64,000 nucleotides of DNA from Terriglobia bacterium. Lineage in GTDB: Bacteria; Acidobacteriota; Terriglobia; 20CM-2-55-15. Where the stretch lies: NCBI GenBank assembly GCA_965198225.1, contig CBDAOY010000006.1, positions 448,001-512,000 on the forward strand, written 5' to 3'. The position numbers were made by a program, and so were the translations under genes. The number at the start of each line of letters is the position of its first letter. Positions within the stretch are counted from its first letter, which is position 1. Of the stretch, positions 9,022 to 17,746 are shown piece after piece. Under the pieces are notes generated by a model. It did not search any database. It saw only the letters and a list, made by a program, of their open reading frames with translations, and was not told the origin of the DNA.

Positions 9022-10530
9022 TTGCCAATAGGAATTGAGTGCCCTATGCACGTGATCTCGGAAGACCCATCGCTCGGACCGGCTGCAGCGAATCGTAAAT
9101 CGTTCCTACTCCTGCGCTGGCTGCTGATCATACTTGCCGGGTATCTCACGATGTTTACGAATATCAACGAGGAGGCTCTGGTCGGCAATTTCCTTCTGGT
9201 CACCGCTTTCGCGTTATCGAATGTTCTGATAAGCCTTTCACCTTTACCACTAGTTGTGGCGCTCAAGTCGCGGCATATACTGGCAGCCATCGACGCGGTT
9301 TTTGTCTGCGCATTCCTCTACTACCTCCGCGTGGATCAGGCGTCGTTGCATCTGCCATTTATGGGTGTGGTCGTGCTGGCTATCCTCTGGCCAGACTTGC
9401 GAGTCGTTCTCTTCGCGTTGTTTGTCGTCAGCCTTCTGTTCGGACTGCTAACCAATTTCCAGCTGTTTGGTGCCGGCATCAATGTCCAGCTCGACGAGTT
9501 TCTGGCGCTGGCCCTTCTGTTTGTCGTCTCCATTTTCTATATCTTCATGGTCGACCGATTTGATCGCGACAGTGAGATTTCGGAAGCGTTGATCCAGGAA
9601 AAGCGCAACGCCGAGAACATCTCGGACATTACGCGAAAGTTATCGACTTCTCTGGAAGCCAAGGAAATCCTGACCATGCTGGTCGAGCGGTTCGCGGAAA
9701 TGATCCCCGCAGCAAAATGTTCGATTGTCAGGATGAGTCCCGCAGAAGATGCGGTGATCGTGGCGAGTTCCGACCCGGACATGGCGCCCAGGGTCTCTCT
9801 CGACGATGCTCCAGCGCTCCGAGAGGCCTTGGAAGGCAAAAAGAGGACCAGCGCCCCGCTGAAACCCGGAACGGACACGCTTGCAGTGCCCATGGTCAGT
9901 CGGGATGAAGTCATTGCATCGGTCTACTTCGAAAAGATTGTTGATCAAGATAGCCCGTGGGAAGGCAGTCTCAGTCTCATTGAGATCGTCGTCAGTACAG
10001 CGGCGAATGCCCTGGCTAACGCCGAGCGCTTCGACGAGCTGAAACTTCTGGCGAACACGGATTCTATGACGAAGCTTGCAAACTACGATTTCTTCAAGAC
10101 ACAGCTTTCCTACGAAATAGATCGAGCGAAAAGACATGACCGCACGGTCTCGCTACTTATGGTTGATTTGGATTGGCTCAAAAATATCAACGACGAGCTC
10201 GGTCACCCTGTCGGCGACCGCGTGATTCGATCGGTTGCAGATGCTATTCGTTCCAATTGCAGAGATATCGACGTGGGCGCCCGCTGCGGAGGAGAAGAGT
10301 TTGCCGTCATTCTTCCCGAAACAGACTTGGACGACGGAATGAAGGCAGCGGAGAGGCTGCGCCAACATATTGAGAAAATCGAGCGGTTCGACACCAAGAT
10401 TACCGTGTCAATCGGGGTTGCCAATTTTCCGGCCAACGCTGAAACCGGGGAAGATTTAGTCGCGGCTGCGGATGAGGCCCTGTATGCGGCTAAGCGTGGA
10501 GGTCGCAATCAAGTCGCTGCCCTTAACTAG
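9022..10530 (+). CDS. Membrane-bound GAF-GGDEF diguanylate cyclase
   Basis: N-terminal TM helices, GAF-like middle region, D..K.IND.LGH..GD, RDID I-site and GGEEF. Confidence 0.92.
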   Translation: MPIGIECPMHVISEDPSLGPAAANRKSFLLLRWLLIILAGYLTMFTNINEEALVGNFLLVTAFALSNVLISLSPLPLVVALKSRHILAAIDAVFVCAFLYYLRVDQASLHLPFMGVVVLAILWPDLRVVLFALFVVSLLFGLLTNFQLFGAGINVQLDEFLALALLFVVSIFYIFMVDRFDRDSEISEALIQEKRNAENISDITRKLSTSLEAKEILTMLVERFAEMIPAAKCSIVRMSPAEDAVIVASSDPDMAPRVSLDDAPALREALEGKKRTSAPLKPGTDTLAVPMVSRDEVIASVYFEKIVDQDSPWEGSLSLIEIVVSTAANALANAERFDELKLLANTDSMTKLANYDFFKTQLSYEIDRAKRHDRTVSLLMVDLDWLKNINDELGHPVGDRVIRSVADAIRSNCRDIDVGARCGGEEFAVILPETDLDDGMKAAERLRQHIEKIERFDTKITVSIGVANFPANAETGEDLVAAADEALYAAKRGGRNQVAALN

Positions 10531-10564
10531 CCCATCACCCTGGGCTACGGCGCACAAATCACAC

Positions 10565-12334
10565 CTACACAGACTTCAATCGCGCCAACTCTTCCTGTAC
10601 CACGCTTGGCTCAAGTTTTCGAAAGAGCGGTTTGGGTTCCTCGAGCCCCTGCCCTACGGCAAGTCGCCGGGGTTTCCAACGACAAGTGGAATCGTTGGAA
10701 CCATACTCGCCCCCAAGCACACTTCGCTCACCAAATGCGTCATGAACCCTTTCAACGGCTGGCTCGACGAGAGTGTCTCTGTAGCCCAACAGCCTGCTGA
10801 CCTGGTGGCTGCTGTGGGGCAAGAAGGGCGAGAGGACCACGCTGAGATGGTCGAGGGTTTGCAGAGCCGCGTATTGCACAGTGGCGGCTCGATCCGGATC
10901 AGTCTTCAGGAGCTTCCAGGGTTGTTGTTGAGTGAGATACAGGTTAGCCCGGTGCGCGAGAGCGAGCGCCTCCTGCAAAGCGGCTCGAATCTCGACCCTT
11001 TCGAGGCGAGACCCGACGGCCTGGAACGCTCTTTCGCCGGCCAGTAGAAGTTCCCGATCGCCGGGTTCCAGCGACCCCGGTTCAGGGACTCGACCGTATG
11101 AGCGCCAGGCCAGGCCGAGAATGCGATTGGCGAGGTTGCCCCACACACCAACCAACTCGTTGTTGTTGCGTTCAACGAAGTCCTTCCAGGACCAGTTCGC
11201 GTCTCGCGTCTCCGGCGCGTTTGCCGCAAGGTAGTACCGTAGCTGATCGGCCTGGTAACGATCCTCAATGTCAGAGAGGCTGAGGCCCCAGCCTTCGCTC
11301 GTACTCATTTTCTTGCCCTCGAGATTGAGGAACTCGTTCGCCGGCACGTCATAAGGCAGGACGAGACCGCCGTGACCCATCAGCAGGGCTGGCCAGATGA
11401 TCGTGTGGAACGGGATGTTGTCCTTGCCGATGAAGTAGTACGACCGAACCTGCTGTGCTTGCGCTTCGCCCGGATTCCACCAGGCGTGCCACTGATCGGC
11501 GTGTTGCCGTCCTTGCGCCCACTCGATGGACGCCGAAAGGTATCCGATCACCGCGTCGAACCAAACGTACAGTCTCTTCCGTTCAAAGCCCGTCTCAGTG
11601 ACCGGAACAGGGATTCCCCATTCGATATCCCGCGTGATCGCACGTTCCTCCAGGCCGCTGCTCAACCAGTTCCGGGTGAATGCGAGTGTGTTCTTGCGCC
11701 AATGGGATCGATCGATGCCGTTCAGCCATCCCGAGATGTCTGGTTCGATCCCCGGAAGATCGAGGAGAAAATGCTCTGTGTCGCGAAACGTAACAGGGGC
11801 ACCGTCCAGCGTTGACATTGGCCCGATCAAGTTCTCTGGATCGTGGACACGCCCACAGTTGTCACACTGGTCTCCCCGCGCCCGTTCGAAGCCGCAATTG
11901 GCACAGCGACCTTCGACGTAACGGTCGGGAAGGAACCGGCCCAGGGTCTCGGAATAGGAACCAGTGACGCTCCTTTTCGTCACGAAACCCTTTTCTGACA
12001 GGCGCAGGAAAAACTCCGAGGTGACCTGATAGTGATTCTCGGAATACGTCTGCGTGAAAAGATCGAAAGAGACCCCCAGCTTCGAAAAGGTAGTCAGAAA
12101 GGATTCGTGATATCTGCGGACCAAGTCACCGGGCGCCACTCCCTCCCGTTCAGCCCGGAGCGTGATGGGCGTTCCGTGACAGTCCGACCCGGAAACCATC
12201 AGGACTTCGTTCCCACAGAGCCGATGGAATCGGGCGAAAATATCGGCCGGCAAGTACGCCCCGGCAAGGTGTCCAACGTGCAACGGGCCATTTGCGTATG
12301 GCCAGGCTACACCCACGAAGATTCGGTCGGCCAT
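10565..12334 (-). CDS. metG: Methionyl-tRNA synthetase
   Basis: PYANGPLHVGH (HIGH), CANC/CDNC knuckle, YVWFDA, GKDNIPFH, KMSTS; ATG at 12334 with GAGGAGG RBS. Confidence 0.97.
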   Translation of the reverse strand: MADRIFVGVAWPYANGPLHVGHLAGAYLPADIFARFHRLCGNEVLMVSGSDCHGTPITLRAEREGVAPGDLVRRYHESFLTTFSKLGVSFDLFTQTYSENHYQVTSEFFLRLSEKGFVTKRSVTGSYSETLGRFLPDRYVEGRCANCGFERARGDQCDNCGRVHDPENLIGPMSTLDGAPVTFRDTEHFLLDLPGIEPDISGWLNGIDRSHWRKNTLAFTRNWLSSGLEERAITRDIEWGIPVPVTETGFERKRLYVWFDAVIGYLSASIEWAQGRQHADQWHAWWNPGEAQAQQVRSYYFIGKDNIPFHTIIWPALLMGHGGLVLPYDVPANEFLNLEGKKMSTSEGWGLSLSDIEDRYQADQLRYYLAANAPETRDANWSWKDFVERNNNELVGVWGNLANRILGLAWRSYGRVPEPGSLEPGDRELLLAGERAFQAVGSRLERVEIRAALQEALALAHRANLYLTQQQPWKLLKTDPDRAATVQYAALQTLDHLSVVLSPFLPHSSHQVSRLLGYRDTLVEPAVERVHDAFGERSVLGGEYGSNDSTCRWKPRRLAVGQGLEEPKPLFRKLEPSVVQEELARLKSV

Positions 12335-12379
12335 TGCGGCCTCCTCACAATTAGAACTGATTCTGTAAACGGACAATAG

Positions 12380-12426
12380 TGACCTGTAACAGTGCTATCG
12401 GTACCAGCGTTCACTGTTACAGGCCA
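12380..12426. mobile_element. Internally deleted MITE (terminal inverted repeats only)
   Basis: TGACCTGTAACAGTGCTATCGGTACCAGCGTT joined to CACTGTTACAGGCCA, flanked by ATAG/CTAG; same ends as 61199-61465. Confidence 0.8.
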
Positions 12427-12578
12427 CTAGATTGGGCGCAGAAAGTCTATAAGGCGGCGGGGGCCGCCATACTGAAGATACGGTGCGGGATGGGTTGGAC
12501 TCTGAGCATCACCTTGGATTTTAGCAGGGTAGGCCAACCTTGAACAACGGCGCGGGTAGCCCGATGGAGACAAACGAT

Positions 12579-14444
12579 TCAGTTGGTTTTCATCATTTCC
12601 GCCGCAGATCCGAGTGCCCTGGTCTCCGCGTCGCGGTGAAACTGCCGGGAGTACAATCGCGCGTAGGTGCCCTGACGCGCCAGCAGCGTGGCGTGGTCTC
12701 CTTCCTCGACCACACGACCCCGATCTATTACCAGGATGCGGTCCGCTGCGCGGATCGTCGAGAGCCGGTGCGCGATGATCAGGCTGATCCGGCCCTGGAG
12801 CACGGCTTCGATTCCCTTCTGGATCCGCCTTTCGCTTTCTGTATCCACCGATGATGTTGCCTCGTCGAGCACCAGGATCTGCGGATCGGCCAGCACCGCC
12901 CGTGCGAGAGATACGAACTGCTTCTGACCGGTAGACAACCGACTGCCACCCTCGCCGACCTCCGTCCCGTATCGGTCCCGAAGATCACCAATGAAAGTGT
13001 GGGCTCCGACGTGACGTGCTGCGGCGCGCACTTCCTCGTCCGTGGCGTCCAACCGTCCGTACCGAATGTTCTCGTGGATCGTCCCGCTGAACAGATGGGG
13101 TTCCTGCAAGACCATTCCCAGGTTCGATTGCAACCAGTGCAGGCTCCGCTGTCGGTAGTCGATGCCGTCGATCCGGATGGCGCCCAAAGTCGGTTCGTAG
13201 AAACGACACATGAGGCTCGCGATCGTGCTCTTGCCGCTTCCGGTCTCTCCGACCAGGGCAACGCTCTCACCCGCATGAATCTTGAAATCGATATCTCTAA
13301 GCACCGGCTCCTCATCGATGTAAGCGAAGTGGACGTGATCGAAGGCGATCTGACGGATGATCTCTTCTCCACCATCGAGGGCCCGACCGGGTCGAGGCTC
13401 GGCCCTCTGACGCTCCAGCGCCGCCTGCACTTCGGGAGCATCGTCGATCTCCGGCTCGGTGTCCAACAGCCCCTGCAACCGCTCCGCCGATGCCTGTGCC
13501 TCCTGCAGACCGGTGAAACGCTCTGCCATTTCCTGGATCGGCATGTGGAACAGGCCGGCGTACTGTATGAACGCCACCAGTTCACCGAGGCCGATGGCAC
13601 TGCCGACGACGAGGCCCCCACGCCACAGCGCCAGCCCTAAGCCGGCCGCACCCAGTGTCATGACGATCGGCAGGTACACCGCCGACTGGAGGGCACTCCG
13701 CAACGAATACCGGAACATCTGACGCGTCAGGACCTCGAACTCCTCCAGGTTCTCCTCCTCACGGACCAGTGCCCGGGTTGTTCGCACACCGACGATTCCT
13801 TCGTTGAAACCAGCGGTGATCCTGGAGTTCGCGCGCCGCGCCTGACGCTGCGCGCGAATGAGTTTCCTCTGATATACGACCGTCACCACCGACAGCGGTG
13901 GGACGATCACCAACACGAACAACGCCAGCCGCCAGTTCATCCAGAACATCATGGCCGTGACCCCCGACAGCAGGAACACGCCCCAAACGACGTCGAGCAG
14001 AGTCCAGGGAAGGATGCCCGAGATGCGGGCGCAATCCGATGTCATGCGTGCCATCAGCCATCCCACCGACCGTTTATCGTAGAAGGAGAACGACAGCTCC
14101 TGGAGCCGCGTGAACCCGGCGTGACGCAGGTCGTGTGCAACTCCCGTGGCCGCAATGCCGGCAAGGACGATGAACACCCAGACCATCGACGCCATGATGG
14201 CGGCCAGCGCGACGTAGACGCTTCCATAGATCCAGATTCGCCCTCCTCCGGCAGTGACGGCGTCATCGATGACGGCGGCGGTGATTCGCGGCAACAGGAC
14301 GTCGATCACGGCCACCACCATCCCGGCGAGCGCGAGTCCAGCCAGCGACCAGCGGTAGGGGCGGGCACGGGCGACGATTCGTTTCCACAGCTTTGGATCG
14401 ATCGGGTGATCGTAGTAGTCGTGTTCGTCCTGATAGGCGTTCAT
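12579..14444 (-). CDS. ABC exporter permease/ATPase, subunit 2 of a heterodimer
   Basis: TMD plus GETGSGKS, LSTGQKQ, ILVLDEATSSVD, IAHRLST. Confidence 0.95.
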   Translation of the reverse strand: MNAYQDEHDYYDHPIDPKLWKRIVARARPYRWSLAGLALAGMVVAVIDVLLPRITAAVIDDAVTAGGGRIWIYGSVYVALAAIMASMVWVFIVLAGIAATGVAHDLRHAGFTRLQELSFSFYDKRSVGWLMARMTSDCARISGILPWTLLDVVWGVFLLSGVTAMMFWMNWRLALFVLVIVPPLSVVTVVYQRKLIRAQRQARRANSRITAGFNEGIVGVRTTRALVREEENLEEFEVLTRQMFRYSLRSALQSAVYLPIVMTLGAAGLGLALWRGGLVVGSAIGLGELVAFIQYAGLFHMPIQEMAERFTGLQEAQASAERLQGLLDTEPEIDDAPEVQAALERQRAEPRPGRALDGGEEIIRQIAFDHVHFAYIDEEPVLRDIDFKIHAGESVALVGETGSGKSTIASLMCRFYEPTLGAIRIDGIDYRQRSLHWLQSNLGMVLQEPHLFSGTIHENIRYGRLDATDEEVRAAARHVGAHTFIGDLRDRYGTEVGEGGSRLSTGQKQFVSLARAVLADPQILVLDEATSSVDTESERRIQKGIEAVLQGRISLIIAHRLSTIRAADRILVIDRGRVVEEGDHATLLARQGTYARLYSRQFHRDAETRALGSAAEMMKTN

Positions 14445-16306
14445 GCTCCCCCCTGCTTGGTCGACCCTGCAGCCGCGTCAACATCACGCTGGAGTTCGTC
14501 TTCGAGCGCGTTCTGGATTTCCCAGATGCGTCGGTACATACCCGGACCGGCCACGAGCGTGCTGTGATCGCCCTGCTGGATCACACGCCCCTGGTCGAGC
14601 ACGAGGATGTGGTCGGCATTCATCAACGTGGACAGTCGGTGTGCGATTACGATAGTGGTTTGCCGCCCGCGCCGCTTGTCGAGCGCTTCGAGGATCAGGG
14701 CCTCGGTTTCAGTGTCCACCGCGCTCAGGGCATCGTCGAGAATGAGCAGTACCGGTTCCCTCACCAGCGCACGGGCCAAAGCCACCCTCTGGCGCTGACC
14801 TCCGGACAGGGTGACGCCGCGCTCTCCGACGAGGGTCTCGTAGCCCTTGTCAAATCGGACGATCGTGTCGTGAACGCACGCGGTCAAGGCGGCGTCGGCG
14901 ACCTCCTCCTTGGTGGCCGTCGTGCGGCCCAGCCGGATATTCTCACGCAGAGTCTTTGAAAACAGGAACGGCTCCTGCATGACGGCGGAGATCTGTGCGC
15001 GCACGTCCTTGCGGTCCATGGCAGTGATGTCCTGACCGTCGATCTCGATCGTTCCCTCGTCGGGATCGTAGAAACGGAGCAGGAGGTTGACGATCGTGGA
15101 CTTTCCCGAACCGGAAGGCCCGAGCAGCGCCAGCGTGCTGCCGGCCGCTGTTTGGAACGAAACTGCCGACAGGGCCGCTATCCCTGAGTCGTGCGAGTAG
15201 GTGACGTTTCGGAACACGATCTGGCCTGGTGTTTGAACCGTCGACGGCCTGACGCTCTCGACAGGATCCTTCTCTCTCGGATGTCCCAGGATCTCATTGA
15301 TGCGTCCGATGGCGACGGTCGCTTTTCCGAGTTCGGTCAGGATCCTGCCCATCATCCGGACCGGCCATATGAACATGTTTACGACCATCAAGAAGAAGAA
15401 GAACGCCCCGAGTCCCATGCTACCCGAGGCCAAACGCACGGCGCCGGTGAGGATAACGACCGCCACCTGTCCCATGCACAACACATCCGAGGCTGACCAG
15501 AACCCGGCCATCAGCCGATAGAGGCCGTAGTTCAGATCGCGATGCTCGCCGTTCCGCGCCGCGAACTTCTTGATCTCGTAGTCCTGCCGGGCGAACGCGC
15601 GTACGACCCGAATTCCGGTCAGGTTCTCCTGCAGGGTGCTGGTCATGCGTCCTTCGGCCTCGTCCACGGCCAGGAAGCGGGTCCGCACCCGCCGGAAGAA
15701 CGTCACCGAGAAACCAACGATCGGAAGCACCAGCACCAGCGAAACCAAAGTCATTCGGGCATCGATGGCGAACATCAGCGGAAGCGGGATCACCAGCATC
15801 ATCGATGCCCGTCCGATCTCGACGACCTGGCTCGCGAGGAACTGCCGGAGCGTGTCGACGTCGGATGTGCAACGCTGGATCAGATCCCCGGTCCGTGCCT
15901 CGTCATAGAAAGAACAAGGCAAATGCTGCAGCTGATCGTACAGACGGTCGCGGACTCGCCGCGTGATCTGTTCGCTCGCCAGAGCCGACCAGCGGCCGCG
16001 CAGGTAGGTGAAGACCCCGGCCAGCATGGTCAGCACAACTATGGCAACAGCCGACAGCCACAAGTTCGCGCCGAGGAAGTCCGCCCCACCCGACCACTCG
16101 AGGGCGCGCAGGACGAACGGGGACGCCGCAGCCGGGTCGGAGGCGAGCACGCCGTCGAGCACCATCGCCGGCACGAGAGGCACGAGGTAGAGAAAGCAGG
16201 ACGCCACCACCATCGCTGCAATCGCAGCTCCGTACCGAAGGCGTTCGCCTTCGCTGAGCTGCCATATCAATCTGTATCTTCTGTATTTCGAAGTCATCCC
16301 GTTCAC
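14441..16306 (-). CDS. ABC exporter permease/ATPase, subunit 1 of a heterodimer (degenerate site)
   Basis: TMD plus GPSGSGKS, LSGGQRQ, Walker B LILDD with Asp for the catalytic Glu; stop overlaps next start (ATGA). Confidence 0.95.
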   Translation of the reverse strand: MNGMTSKYRRYRLIWQLSEGERLRYGAAIAAMVVASCFLYLVPLVPAMVLDGVLASDPAAASPFVLRALEWSGGADFLGANLWLSAVAIVVLTMLAGVFTYLRGRWSALASEQITRRVRDRLYDQLQHLPCSFYDEARTGDLIQRCTSDVDTLRQFLASQVVEIGRASMMLVIPLPLMFAIDARMTLVSLVLVLPIVGFSVTFFRRVRTRFLAVDEAEGRMTSTLQENLTGIRVVRAFARQDYEIKKFAARNGEHRDLNYGLYRLMAGFWSASDVLCMGQVAVVILTGAVRLASGSMGLGAFFFFLMVVNMFIWPVRMMGRILTELGKATVAIGRINEILGHPREKDPVESVRPSTVQTPGQIVFRNVTYSHDSGIAALSAVSFQTAAGSTLALLGPSGSGKSTIVNLLLRFYDPDEGTIEIDGQDITAMDRKDVRAQISAVMQEPFLFSKTLRENIRLGRTTATKEEVADAALTACVHDTIVRFDKGYETLVGERGVTLSGGQRQRVALARALVREPVLLILDDALSAVDTETEALILEALDKRRGRQTTIVIAHRLSTLMNADHILVLDQGRVIQQGDHSTLVAGPGMYRRIWEIQNALEDELQRDVDAAAGSTKQGGA

Positions 16307-16429
16307 AAGACGTCGCTATGCCTGAACGACCAGGCGCTTGCAGAACACTCAACGAACGGGATTATCTCGGAATCGAAGGCCGGGATGGATGCCCGCTCGT
16401 CCTCGAGCGGGCAGATGGATCAGACTCCT

Positions 16430-16507
16430 CTACGCACCCGCTCGGGCTGCCATCGGCTGATCGCCGACCGCACCGACAAATGGGAATTTGATAGTGTGGA
16501 TGCGCAT
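16430..16507 (-). CDS. Putative 25-aa leader peptide MRIHTIKFPFVGAVGDQPMAARAGA
   Basis: ATG at 16507 with AGGAG 8 nt upstream, TAG at 16430-16432; lies between a promoter and hairpins upstream of the ABC genes; below the ORF-track cutoff. Confidence 0.7.
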   Translation of the reverse strand: MRIHTIKFPFVGAVGDQPMAARAGA

Positions 16508-16567
16508 CGAATTTGCTCCTGACCCACCGGTCAAAAAGATATTTAACCGCGCTGTCGCGATCTAAAT

Positions 16568-16596
16568 AATATAAGCCGATTCCCGAAGGAAGGCAA
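16568..16596 (-). promoter_or_regulatory. Sigma70-type promoter for the leader peptide/ABC operon
   Basis: TTGCCT-N17-TATATT on the minus strand in a locally AT-rich patch. Confidence 0.65.
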
Positions 16597-16773
16597 AACC
16601 TTTGAGGAGTGCGTATCCGGATCGAATCGCGTGGACTACGGCCTCGAACGCCTCGCGATTCTGCGCTACGACATCGACGACATCCGCAACGTCGAGGAGG
16701 CCGGCGTGGGTTAGGAATCGTCCTTTCGGCCTCGCTCCAGAGCCGCCCAAGCCAAACGAAACTTCGGGATCGG

Positions 16774-16861
16774 GTGTAGGTGCGCTCTATGAGCGCACGT
16801 GTTTCGGTTGGAAGAGAGTGTTTCGGTTCGGAAAGAGTGCGGTCATAGACCGCACCTACAC
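16774..16861 (+). repeat. REP doublet (REPIN-like) with a tandemly duplicated spacer
   Basis: GTAGGTGCGCTCTATGAGCGCAC ... GTGCGGTCATAGACCGCACCTAC; GTGTTTCGGTT occurs twice in the spacer. Confidence 0.88.
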
Positions 16862-17120
16862 CGTCGCCTCGAGCAGAATTGACCCTGAGAAGTCCCCATG
16901 AACCAGTCCATGATTCCGCTGCCACAACGGCTCAGAAGTCAGCTGGCGACCGACATGAAGAAACGACGGCCGAACCGGATGTAACCACCGCTCGGATTCT
17001 CGCCGCTAAGAAAGTCCCAGGACGGACCTTAGAGACCGAGAACTCGACAACAATTGCTAGCCGCGTATCCCATCAGTTGATAAGCTTTTCTCATATATCC
17101 TTTCCATTCGAGGGAGAAGC

Positions 17121-17681
17121 ATGCTTCGGATACTCGCGATCGTCGCATTGTTGGCAGCGCCGCTCCTTTCCCAGGAACGGCAGGAGGCGGGCGCGCCGGA
17201 ACTGGTCGACATCGGCCGCATCACGAAGATCAATGCCAGGGACCAGTGGTTTGAACTCCGGGTCCGGGCATCCGAACCGGCACAGGCTCGCAGGACCGGG
17301 TCTGGAGGATAGGGTGGAGAGGTTCATGTCGGACTCGGGCGTCGCCTTCCGCGCGAACGTGGTGTTCCCATCCCGAACGATCCCAGTACCGGTGAACCCG
17401 TACCCGACCCCCGCAATGACCCTCGGACCGGTTTGCCCGACCCACGCCTCGATCCCCGGGCTCCATCTCCTGTTCCGATACCCCTGCCGTCTGCACCATC
17501 GGAGCGTACGCGTTACGTCACCTCCCGCGTTTTCGTTACCGACGATACGGTCATCGAGCACGACGGCAAGGCAATTAGTTTCCGCCGCCTCAAAGTCGGC
17601 TTTACAGTTGCCGTGACGGGGTTGATCAGGGGGACGCTGACAGAAGCGAGAAAGATCGAAGTCCAGTTCACAAACCAGTAG
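17121..17681 (+). pseudogene. Exported Pro-rich, OB-fold/DUF5666-like protein interrupted by an in-frame TAG at 17310-17312
   Basis: ORFs 17121-17312 and 17433-17681 share a frame and the interval is open; signal peptide at start; VTDDTVI...LKVGFTVAVTG...ARKIEV at end. Confidence 0.6.
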
Positions 17682-17746
17682 CGGATTCTCGCGGGGAACT
17701 CCGCTCTGGACGACCACGTCAAGCGCGCTTTGGGGCGGACGGAAGG

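Noticed and set aside
12380-12426. attC site (TAAC...GTTA hairpin)
   Set aside because: Ends are CTGTAAC/GTTACAG, not RYYYAAC/GTTRRRY, and they match the MITE TIRs at 61199-61465.
12579-16306. ABC pair as the LanT peptidase-transporter
   Set aside because: Neither subunit has an N-terminal C39 domain, and the pair has its own promoter and leader.
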